Part shown: positions 25,230 to 34,100 of the stretch, one piece after another
How the letters are laid out: every line of letters begins with the position of its first letter
Position numbering within the stretch: position 1 is the first letter of the stretch
Origin: Candidatus Latescibacterota bacterium
GTDB taxonomy: Bacteria > Latescibacterota > CBDEFO01
Assembly (NCBI GenBank): GCA_965248755.1
Contig: OZ252149.1
Span: 2,112,001-2,176,000, forward strand
Direction of reading: 5' to 3'
DNA: 64,000 bases
Made by a program: the position numbers and the translations under genes
The notes under the pieces: generated by a model
What the model was told of the DNA's origin: nothing
What the model saw: only the letters and a program-made list of their open reading frames with translations
Databases searched by the model: none

Positions 25230-27896
25230 ATGAAAAAACGGAGCATCGTTGCCTGTACAGCGCTGGCCGTTGGATTAACGGCCTGCAATGTCAGCGGAGA
25301 GGGGGAAGCTAACATGCAGGATAATTCAGATGCACCCATAGAGTGGACGAAACTGGATAGAGACAAGGGCTACGTTGTCTTTAATTACAGCACGCTGAAG
25401 AACCTGCCGCCTTCCCACGTGCCCACTCCGGACGACGTTGCCAAGAAGATTTCGTGCGCGTTAGCCAGGGATGAGTACGAGTCGATTCAGTTCGGCGTGC
25501 ACGCGATCTCAGACGGAGTGAAGGATGTCCGGATCGAGGTGGAATCGGACCTCGAGGTAACCGTTTATCATCGCATCGAACCCGGCGTTAAAGAGAAGCT
25601 AGTCAAAACGGACATGTCGTGGCTGAGCTCGGTGCCCGCTGAAATATATCTGCAACGAGGTGAGGTGGTAGCGGATCTTCCCAGGGGCAGCAGCGTCAAT
25701 TTCTGGCTGACGTTCCGTGCGGATCGCGAGGCGTCCCAGGGTTTACACAAGGGCCAGGTACGGATCCAGCCCGCGAACAAGCCAGCTACTATCCTGGAAC
25801 TGGAGCTTGAAGTCAGGCCCTTCGAACTGGCTCCGGCGCGAATCCCCTTCGGCATGTACTATCGGGAGGACATGCTGCTGGAGCGCTTTGGCGGCTGGGC
25901 GGTGAGCGAGCAACTGGAGCTGGAGCTCTACCGGGACATGACGACGCACAGCCAGAATTCGGTGCACTTCTACATGGCCGGGGACTTCGCGGAATTGCCG
26001 CCTCGAGCCTGGAAGAAAATGGTGCCGCTGGAGAAACGCGTCTCGCTGGCGGCTGAAGCGGGGCTCGTCCACCAGGACATCCCCTGCGTCATCGCCCAAC
26101 ACAATATCGCGGATTGTTGTCTTTCCGAGGAGCAAAAGGCAGCAGCGGCAGACTGGCTGCAAAGACAGCACAGGGAGCACGGGTGGCCGGAGATTCTGAT
26201 CTACGGCTGGGATGAACCACCTTATCCGGCGCCCGGGCTGCGGGAGAGCTACGCTCCCCTTCGCACGCTGCCCATCCGCCTGACGACGGCCATCAGTGCG
26301 GAGGCGGCGTACCCCTATGGCGACGTATTCGACGTGTGGATCGTACTTGGGGGGGAGGTGACGCCAGAGATGCGGGCCGAGGCGTCGCGCCGCGGGGCGC
26401 AGGTATGGACGTATTCGTTTCGCATACTGAGAGAAGGTTTCAAGCCGCTTCGTCAGCGTTACTATGCTGGGCTATACACCTGGGCTCACCGGCTCGGAGG
26501 TAATTACGTCTGGGCTTACTCACACGGACATCACGGTCACGTCTGGTGGGAACCCGAAAGCACCGAGCCCCTGCCTATCACCGGTTGGGAGGCGCGTCGC
26601 GAGGGAGTTGACGATTTCCGCTACCTTCAGATGGTGGAGGACGCCGTGGCGGCGATGCCCGCCGGGGTGACCGCCATAGAGGCGGCTGCGTGGTTGGAGT
26701 CTCTCCGGGCTCGCCTCCTTGGCTTTGATCCGCACGATGCGGAGCCCGGCAAGCCTCTGGAGATCGAAGAATATGAGGAGATTCGTGCCAGGGCTTCCGA
26801 CTATATCCATAGGCTGGGTCCTGTGCCGGCGGGCGCGGTACAGCCTGCCCCCGTTACCTATGTAAGGGACGAGGCAGCCCCCTTCCGCAACAGGTCTGTA
26901 AAGGAGTGCATTGCGGGGTTGCGTAGTTCCCAGGCCTCCGAGCGTCGAAGTGCTGCCTGGGCGCTCTTTGAAATGGGGCCGGAGGCAGCCCCGGCGGTGG
27001 ATGCCCTGGAAGAGGTGCTTGAGGATCCGGAAGTTCGCATTCCCGCTCTGCGAGCTCTTGAGGGGATCGGCCCGGATGCGTACTCAGCGGCGCCGAGAGT
27101 TTCGTCGCTTCTGTCGCATACCGATGCCTACGTGCGTCTGGGAGCAACCTTCACCCTCAGCAAAATGGCGCGACCGCAAAGCTGGAATGAAGAAGTCAAA
27201 GGCTACCTGCCGGATGACGGGGCGCTCTCGGCTCGCGCTCTCGTGGCACCGCTGCGCCAGGCGCTGCGCGACAGGGACGAGGCGGTCGTGACGTTGGCCG
27301 CGCTCGGGCTGTTCCTCTGCGGCGAGGCCGCGGCACCCGCGCTGCCTGACGCGTTGGCTCTGCTGGGAACCCACTATGATGGTCCTTTCCCTCTTTACCT
27401 CCGTAAGGCGGTCGGCTTGCAGGTGCTATCGGGCATGGGTCCGGGGGCTGCGAGTGCTGTTCCCACCCTCGCGAAGGCGTACGAAGAATCCGAAGGCAAT
27501 GAGAATCTGATCGCCCGCGCGCTGGCGGCGATAGGGCCGGCGGCCTCTGAGGCCGTCCCGGTCCTGGAGAAGTATCGAACGCCGGAAAACCGGTTCCTGG
27601 CCGACGTCTGCTACGCCCTCTACTGCATTCGTGGGGGCGAGTCGGAGCTCGTGACCCTGGCGGAGCTCGTGGGAGATGATACACGGCCAAGGGGCTACGC
27701 GGGGAGGAGTGGGGAGTGGCAGGATGCTGCCAGATTCCTCTCGGCCCTGGGTGGGGAGGCCGCGTCGGTCGTCCCCTTGGTCAGGGAACGCCTCCCACTT
27801 CTAGATACCGAGCCTACGCTAAGGCGCTACATCGAGGAGGTTTTCTTCAAGAGAGTGGAGGAAGGGGCGCCACCTCTCAGATTGCTGTTGCGGTGA
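25230..27896 (+). CDS. Putative lipoprotein: GH123/DUF4091-like hydrolase domain fused to HEAT repeats
   Basis: Lipobox LTAC; LARDEYESIQF, YGWDEP and WEARREGVDDFRYL motifs; C-terminal repeats such as AAWALFEMGPEAAPAV and ALAAIGPAASEAVPVL. Confidence 0.7.
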   Translation: MKKRSIVACTALAVGLTACNVSGEGEANMQDNSDAPIEWTKLDRDKGYVVFNYSTLKNLPPSHVPTPDDVAKKISCALARDEYESIQFGVHAISDGVKDVRIEVESDLEVTVYHRIEPGVKEKLVKTDMSWLSSVPAEIYLQRGEVVADLPRGSSVNFWLTFRADREASQGLHKGQVRIQPANKPATILELELEVRPFELAPARIPFGMYYREDMLLERFGGWAVSEQLELELYRDMTTHSQNSVHFYMAGDFAELPPRAWKKMVPLEKRVSLAAEAGLVHQDIPCVIAQHNIADCCLSEEQKAAAADWLQRQHREHGWPEILIYGWDEPPYPAPGLRESYAPLRTLPIRLTTAISAEAAYPYGDVFDVWIVLGGEVTPEMRAEASRRGAQVWTYSFRILREGFKPLRQRYYAGLYTWAHRLGGNYVWAYSHGHHGHVWWEPESTEPLPITGWEARREGVDDFRYLQMVEDAVAAMPAGVTAIEAAAWLESLRARLLGFDPHDAEPGKPLEIEEYEEIRARASDYIHRLGPVPAGAVQPAPVTYVRDEAAPFRNRSVKECIAGLRSSQASERRSAAWALFEMGPEAAPAVDALEEVLEDPEVRIPALRALEGIGPDAYSAAPRVSSLLSHTDAYVRLGATFTLSKMARPQSWNEEVKGYLPDDGALSARALVAPLRQALRDRDEAVVTLAALGLFLCGEAAAPALPDALALLGTHYDGPFPLYLRKAVGLQVLSGMGPGAASAVPTLAKAYEESEGNENLIARALAAIGPAASEAVPVLEKYRTPENRFLADVCYALYCIRGGESELVTLAELVGDDTRPRGYAGRSGEWQDAARFLSALGGEAASVVPLVRERLPLLDTEPTLRRYIEEVFFKRVEEGAPPLRLLLR

Positions 27897-28665
27897 AGCA
27901 AGAGAACTTGCATGCGGCAGTCGAAGCGTCCTGAGTGTGGTGATGGGCAGCTGGCAGACCTACGCCTTTGAGGTAGCGGCGCATGCAGGCCGGGAAGACA
28001 GCAACGTTGATGGCGAGGAAGTGTCGTTGAAAACGTGGCTCATGCGGCATATTGACGAGAATCGTAGCTGCCGACCTCGCGATCTCTGACTCTACCTTCA
28101 GTGGATCTCTAAACGTACTTGCTTGAACACTACCGATTGGAAACTGATTACGTCCCCCTTGATGAGGCGAACGATTAGCATGTTTAGTGCCTCTGCAAGG
28201 GTGGGCCAGATACTTCAAACTGAATGAGTGCCCGACACGGCCTCGCCCGATATCGTATTGTGATACACCTTCTCTGCAAAGAGCTGATAGCCCCAACTGT
28301 ACCTGAATATGCGACGGGACTCCAAACGGACCGCGTCCCAGTTGAACTGACATCTGCCTCACCCTCGTCCCCCAGGTTGTCAAATCCCAAGCTGAGGATG
28401 CCCCGTTCTAGGAATCCCTCGCCCCTTTCCTCCTCTACCTTGTGGGTGATGTCCAGACCTAAGACCGAACCGGCGCGGGATGACGTCTCCTCCATGAACA
28501 CCGGAAGGGAATCACATACCTGAACGCCCGTTATGAGCGTTCTTCGACCTAACCCGGTCGGCGTGGTCTAGGTTGTAACGAATGTTGAGGAGGGAAAAAC
28601 CTATCCTGATCAACGAACTCACCCCGCACCCACTTCCCAGATACTCCTCGTCAATTGCCGAAAAC

Positions 28666-28695
28666 TCACTGGTTCAAATCAAGTACTGCCCACCA
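28666..28695 (+). other. Isolated tRNA 3' fragment (att-like scar) followed by an imperfect hairpin
   Basis: TC-ACTGG-TTCAAAT-CAAGT-ACTGCCC-ACCA is a T-arm with one mismatch, a 3' acceptor strand and CCA, with no 5' half. It is followed by aacggg...cccgtttttt. Confidence 0.6.
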
Positions 28696-28859
28696 CAAAA
28701 AAACAACGGGCTACGATGATTGGTTCCTATCCCGTTTTTTGCCTGGCGCCCAAGCTGTACGCAACATCGGGACTTTGACTTCAGCTACAAACTCAGTGAC
28801 TTAATTCAGTGATTTAATTATGAACAAAGCCTTTCCGAATCATAGATACAAAGATTTAC

Positions 28860-28904
28860 TTGACTTTAGGACAACTTTTTTGTAACTTATACTCAAAGTT
28901 ACAA
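28860..28904 (+). promoter_or_regulatory. Putative sigma70 promoter with overlapping inverted-repeat operator
   Basis: TTGACT-17-TAACTT; perfect inverted repeat TTGTAACTT-N7-AAGTTACAA at 28880-28904. Confidence 0.55.
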
Positions 28905-28954
28905 TATGTGTGCTGTAATTTGATAACGTCGATGACTTTAGGAGGCGATTTGGT

Positions 28955-31168
28955 ATGGAAATTAAAAGAGAAATGATACTACTTCCTCTGGCTGGTTTGA
29001 TCTATCTTTCATTGTTAATCGGCGGTGTCCAGGCAAAGGAAATAATCATCCTCGGCGGAGATGAGGGGAATTCGTGGGCAGACGGCGGCGGAGGCATCAC
29101 ACCTGTCTTTATAGTGGGTCCCAAGGAAGTGGAACTCGGAAACACGCCGGGCGGAGTAATCGATTTTGATTTCGAGGACAGAACAGACTGGGTATTTCCC
29201 GAAAGATCGGATCCGACGAAAAATATCGCAATAGGGCTCATCGACAGGGGAGGTTCGATAGAAGACAACCTGTTTGACACCACCGAGGGCGATTTGATAC
29301 AAATGATAGACAACAACGCCGAAACCGCCTTTGAAAGGAAGAGTACTGAGCTAAAGATGGTCTTCACTTTTGGGGTAATAATAACATTCGATTTAGGATC
29401 GCGGTTCGGTGTGGGTAGGCTGAAGTTTTTCCCCAGAAACGCCGATCCTGACTTTGCTGCATCGGACTTTCCGTTTCAGGACGATTTTATAAGAGCATAT
29501 GAGATCTTTTTCAACGATGGCAGCGAAGAGACCCAAAGCGGTGGCAGACCGATATTTACAAGCTTCCTGCTTGAGCAGCAAAACGATCAAGCTGTGGTGG
29601 ATATGTCGATAGTCCCTCAGTATATTCGCTTTATCAGGATCAGGTCGCAGACGACCGTCGGTTTTGAAATATCGGAGTTCCAGGTCTTCGGAGTGGGGTT
29701 CGTGCCTGTTGCGGAGTATCAATCTGACATATTCGATTTAGGGGAGGGGTTAGCCCTCTGGGGGAACATACGCTGGGAGGAGGATATAATAGGCGATGCT
29801 GTCCTCTCCGGCGCTGCGATAAGGACAAGGAGCGGAATAGACGACAGCCCTGTGCTGTTCAATCGAATCAGAGACGACCTTGCAGAAGTGCCGTGGAAAA
29901 GGGAAGGAGACCTCGAGGGTTCAAGGGAAAGGGAGATAGTAGCAGAGCTCGACAGCCCCGATCTGAATGTGAGGGAGGCTATGCTTACGTTCAGCGAATT
30001 GACTCCGGAGGAGAGGAACAGTATATCTCTTACGCGGTCTGACCACACCGGCCTGTCATCAACCAAGAAGGGTTCGGTAAGGGACGACATAGAAAACTGG
30101 AGTCTTTGGACGCCGCCCTATTCTCCCGCGGGGATAGTGACATCGGGGGAGGTGGCAGCAGGGGAAGGGGGCGTCAGGATTCTCTCTCCGGGGCCACGCC
30201 GGTTCTTCCAGGTTAAGATAGACTTTTCCAACGACGAACTCTTTGCGTCAAGGGGCATCGGCGCACTATCCTTTGACTTTTCCAGCCCGCCCCTCGCAGA
30301 GGAGATATTAGCTGAAATATCCCCCCGACAGGTAGATTTAGGGGAAATTACAGAGTTTTCTTATTGGATCTTGCCCCACATACGGCCGGGATTTGACAAA
30401 GGGTTCAACTCCTTTGAGATCACGACCCCTGTCAGGGTGACATCTATTGACAAGATAGAGATGAGCTTTCCGGATGGGACAAAGGTCACTGAGGACTTTT
30501 CCGATGCAGACCTTACCAACTTGCCCGTAAGTCGTGGTAATTTTAGCATAGACCTTGTGGAGGAAGATCGCTTCGGAATCAGCTTCCCCAGGGTTGAAAA
30601 CAGCAATGTAGAGACACGGGAGATGACAACTGTAAATGTGACCTTCAAGGGCGTAGTGCTGAGAATCGGGACGGCGTTCACAGGCAGGGCGTTAAACAGC
30701 CTCACTGGAGAGCTCGAACTCCCTCAGGAGGTGATAGGGGCAAACGTGGTCGACCTGAGCCAGGAAGAACTCAATGTAGCCCATCTGCGGAACCAGGCAA
30801 ACCTTGTGGTGCAGGTCGCGATAGAGGAGGATCTTCTGATTAACGTCAAGGCAGTTCCGAATCCTTTCACGCCAAACGGGGATGGTATCAACGACTTTAC
30901 AGACATAAACTACGATATTACGAGCTTAACCAGCAAGGGGAAGGTTACGGTAGGTGTCTACGACCTTTCGGGGAGGCTCCTCAAAGAGTTATACTCGGGT
31001 CGTGACGCGAGCGGAAGTTATTCCAGTCAGAATCGTGAATCATTGAGATGGGAGGGGAGGGATAAAGATGGGAATCTACTGCCGCCGGGGATATATATCT
31101 TCAGGGTAGAGATAGATGCCGACGCAGATAACGAAGGAGCAAGCGGAACTGTAGCGGTAGTATATTAG
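28955..31168 (+). CDS. Secreted FlgD-Ig/CHU_C-tailed protein, first gene of the 29-52 kb cluster
   Basis: AGGAGG RBS; signal peptide; FDLG.RFGV..LKFFPR, EISEFQVFG and WSLWTPPY...SPGPRRFFQ; PNPFTPNGDGIND...VVY tail. Confidence 0.8.
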   Translation: MEIKREMILLPLAGLIYLSLLIGGVQAKEIIILGGDEGNSWADGGGGITPVFIVGPKEVELGNTPGGVIDFDFEDRTDWVFPERSDPTKNIAIGLIDRGGSIEDNLFDTTEGDLIQMIDNNAETAFERKSTELKMVFTFGVIITFDLGSRFGVGRLKFFPRNADPDFAASDFPFQDDFIRAYEIFFNDGSEETQSGGRPIFTSFLLEQQNDQAVVDMSIVPQYIRFIRIRSQTTVGFEISEFQVFGVGFVPVAEYQSDIFDLGEGLALWGNIRWEEDIIGDAVLSGAAIRTRSGIDDSPVLFNRIRDDLAEVPWKREGDLEGSREREIVAELDSPDLNVREAMLTFSELTPEERNSISLTRSDHTGLSSTKKGSVRDDIENWSLWTPPYSPAGIVTSGEVAAGEGGVRILSPGPRRFFQVKIDFSNDELFASRGIGALSFDFSSPPLAEEILAEISPRQVDLGEITEFSYWILPHIRPGFDKGFNSFEITTPVRVTSIDKIEMSFPDGTKVTEDFSDADLTNLPVSRGNFSIDLVEEDRFGISFPRVENSNVETREMTTVNVTFKGVVLRIGTAFTGRALNSLTGELELPQEVIGANVVDLSQEELNVAHLRNQANLVVQVAIEEDLLINVKAVPNPFTPNGDGINDFTDINYDITSLTSKGKVTVGVYDLSGRLLKELYSGRDASGSYSSQNRESLRWEGRDKDGNLLPPGIYIFRVEIDADADNEGASGTVAVVY

Positions 31169-31237
31169 TAGATAGGAAGGGAGAAAGACGATCTGTCTAC
31201 TAGCTACCGTCTACCACTTTGGACAGGGGGTATCCTA

Positions 31238-34030
31238 ATGTTAAAAAGCTATAAGATCTTAGTGATTTTTCTCCTTTTAGCTGTGATTTTTGGCGATAGC
31301 GCCTATGCTCAGCAGTACGGTGTCCGTACAGGAGAAAGACGGGGCGGCGCAGTCACATTCGAACCCAGAGGCCCAGGGGTGCTCTTCGGACCGCTAGATC
31401 CTGTGGTGAAAAAATGGTACGTCCCTCAGGAGCTCTACCAGGAGTACCAGTGGAAATCGTGGGAGTACTCCAATTATGCCAGGGACCCCTACGAGCGCTA
31501 CGTGGACATCGCACGTGAGGGCGACTACTTTTACGATCTCTATGGAAACTATGTGACAAAGGGCTGGCTCATCTATGACTGGAGGCAGGAGGCTCCAGCT
31601 CCCCTTGGAAGTTCTCTTTTCAAGGATACAAGGTACAATACATGGTTCAGCAGCGTCCTGGCCTCCTCCGACTCGAAAGGGTCCCACTACTACTCTATAA
31701 CCGTAGGCGACCGGATCAGGACTACTTTAACCCCTCTGACCTTTTCAAAGCCCCGCTACAACGGGATACAGTTGGACCTTGCGTCGGATAGGTATGAGGC
31801 TACCGTTTTACTTTCACGGATCAGCAGCCCTGTAGTTGGCTCAAGCGGTACGACACCAAGAACGCGGACTAATAGTACAAATTTGATCGGAGGCAGGGCG
31901 ACAGCTCAGGTGGGAGATTTTGTCAAAGTCGGAGCGACCTTTATCAACGCTCACAACTCCCGGAGCACCGTGGACGCCTTCAGCGGCAACAGCTTTAAGG
32001 GCACCCTCGGCGAAGACCAGGCTGCCCAGCCGGGGATAACGGCTATCGCTGTTGTCTTAAGCGACGATTCTCCCGAAGACGGCGTGGGAGGGGCGGCCCT
32101 CTTTGATCACGATATAACCATAGTCCGCGAAGATTTCGAAACCGGAAGACGCCAGACTTTAAGGCTGGAAGATCTCACAAATGACCCGACCAGATGGCCG
32201 AATATATTGGGCGGCTTTCCAAAGGAGGGCTTTTTGGCTGCGGACGGATTAGAAAGGATAGTGATCAACTACGATTTCACAGACCCGTCATATACGGGAC
32301 CGAATCCGACTGAGATAGTAAAGGTGACATTTGACATGGTCTTAGCCAACGACTTTAAAGTCCAGGTATGGTCAAACAGGCAGACAGGAGGAAGTAGAGT
32401 GCCGATTCCTCCCTTAAGTGGGGCAATCATAGATGAAAACAACCCCGCGCTCTTAGATATGATGAGGGCAGAGGACAACATAAAGGACAGCTCCAACCGG
32501 CAGAGGGTCGTCTTCGACTACGGACTGCCGACGGCCAATCAAATATACGGCGTCACCCTGGAGGTAACGGATGTTAAGGACTTCAACCTCTATGCGGAGT
32601 TTGACATCAACCACAGATTCAGACAGTACCCCAACTTTGCCCTCTTTACCGAGGAAGAGAACTTTGAGGCCGCCTCCTCCAGATCGGAGGCGGGGATGGT
32701 AAATCTTTCCTACCGCTCCTATCCGTGGTTCTTCCTTGGAGAGGCATTTACTATGGATCCCGACTATTCTACCAGCACTTTCATACTTAATCCACAAGGG
32801 GGAATCACCTACGATAACCCGGGAACCTCTCTGTACGAGTTTGTGGACGATAACGACGACCAAGATAGGACCCCCGACTGGAGCCGCGCCAACCACGGGG
32901 GCCCTGATCCGTCCGTCTTCCCCGGCTGGGATGAAAACAACGACTTCATATCCGACTTCAATCAAAACGACAACAGAGCGGTCACCAACCGCATACCCGA
33001 CTACGAGGAGCCGTTCCTAAGATACGGGGTAGACCGTCCGGAGTTCCTCTTTGGCATCGATCTGAACAACAACACCACGATTGACAGGTTCGAAAACGAT
33101 AATGAGCCCGATTTCCCCTATCAAAGGGACCACCGCGGATATAACGCCTACATCGGAGCGCATATAGTCCCCGATATAAGGCTTTCTGTGGGTCAGCTTC
33201 GCGAAGAGCTCATATCGTCCGAAAAGAAGAATATAACCACTTACGGGCTGTTTACATTAGATAGGAACTACCCTCGCTGGGGGAGGCTCAGAATCTTCGA
33301 AATGTTAAAGAGAACCAAAGATAACATCCCCGGTAACCGCTTCGGGCCACAGCTATTCTTGCAAGCTGAGACCCCGGGCATAGTCGCGGACATCTTACCG
33401 GCTCAAGACACCTGGATAAACACGTTCTGGACCGGGTTGGACTACACTCGGATCCACAATTTGAACATCATCAACAAGATCAAATATGAGATCTTCACCC
33501 AGCGATCTGACGATCCGAGGGCTCTGGACAGGAGCCCCTTAAACGACGATTCGTCCTTCTTCGGGCTTATAAACAAAGCGGATTATACCTACCGAATTGC
33601 CGATCTTGTTATCCGGCCCAGATTCAAGAGCGAATTCTTGAGACAGACGCCATTTAAAGAACGTGACGACAGTAGGCGAGAGTGGGCAAAGATGCCCTCC
33701 TTGATCTTGAAGTTCCCTATGCTTAGGGAGACGTCAATAGAGCTGGGCGCGGAATTTCTGCACTTTACCGAATTGAGGGCAGATGAAGACGACCTGCTAG
33801 AAAACGCGATTTTAGGTCCCACTGGCGACTATACCGAGTCCGTCTTTGCGATACAGTGGGAAACGGTGACAGATTATTTAGGATATAAGCTTATCATGCA
33901 GACAGGTTTCAAATTCTCAAGGACTTCCATCGAGACGATCAAAGCGACCGATTTGGAGATCGAAAAGAAAAACGAGGTGGAAACGAGCAGCACCACTTTT
34001 ATGATCTTCTACGCTGGAGTGCAGCAGTGA
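31238..34030 (+). CDS. Large secreted protein, putative outer-membrane beta-barrel with Ca-binding-like acidic motifs (paralog 1)
   Basis: Signal peptide; DDNDDQD, GWDENNDFISDFNQN and DLNNN..IDRFEND; amphipathic beta-strand pattern in the C-terminal third; ends FMIFYAGVQQ. The barrel call is an inference. Confidence 0.6.
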   Translation: MLKSYKILVIFLLLAVIFGDSAYAQQYGVRTGERRGGAVTFEPRGPGVLFGPLDPVVKKWYVPQELYQEYQWKSWEYSNYARDPYERYVDIAREGDYFYDLYGNYVTKGWLIYDWRQEAPAPLGSSLFKDTRYNTWFSSVLASSDSKGSHYYSITVGDRIRTTLTPLTFSKPRYNGIQLDLASDRYEATVLLSRISSPVVGSSGTTPRTRTNSTNLIGGRATAQVGDFVKVGATFINAHNSRSTVDAFSGNSFKGTLGEDQAAQPGITAIAVVLSDDSPEDGVGGAALFDHDITIVREDFETGRRQTLRLEDLTNDPTRWPNILGGFPKEGFLAADGLERIVINYDFTDPSYTGPNPTEIVKVTFDMVLANDFKVQVWSNRQTGGSRVPIPPLSGAIIDENNPALLDMMRAEDNIKDSSNRQRVVFDYGLPTANQIYGVTLEVTDVKDFNLYAEFDINHRFRQYPNFALFTEEENFEAASSRSEAGMVNLSYRSYPWFFLGEAFTMDPDYSTSTFILNPQGGITYDNPGTSLYEFVDDNDDQDRTPDWSRANHGGPDPSVFPGWDENNDFISDFNQNDNRAVTNRIPDYEEPFLRYGVDRPEFLFGIDLNNNTTIDRFENDNEPDFPYQRDHRGYNAYIGAHIVPDIRLSVGQLREELISSEKKNITTYGLFTLDRNYPRWGRLRIFEMLKRTKDNIPGNRFGPQLFLQAETPGIVADILPAQDTWINTFWTGLDYTRIHNLNIINKIKYEIFTQRSDDPRALDRSPLNDDSSFFGLINKADYTYRIADLVIRPRFKSEFLRQTPFKERDDSRREWAKMPSLILKFPMLRETSIELGAEFLHFTELRADEDDLLENAILGPTGDYTESVFAIQWETVTDYLGYKLIMQTGFKFSRTSIETIKATDLEIEKKNEVETSSTTFMIFYAGVQQ

Positions 34031-34100
34031 ACATGGGGCTTTGTGGCTTTTTGTGTTAAGACTATGGCTACACCACAGAGATAGAAAGAGGAGGAGATCG

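Noticed and set aside
27900..28600. Short ORFs on both strands, one with a faint resemblance to an IS91-type zinc-binding region (EGFLERGILSLGF)
   Set aside because: Too little similarity to support a call; probably decayed DNA.
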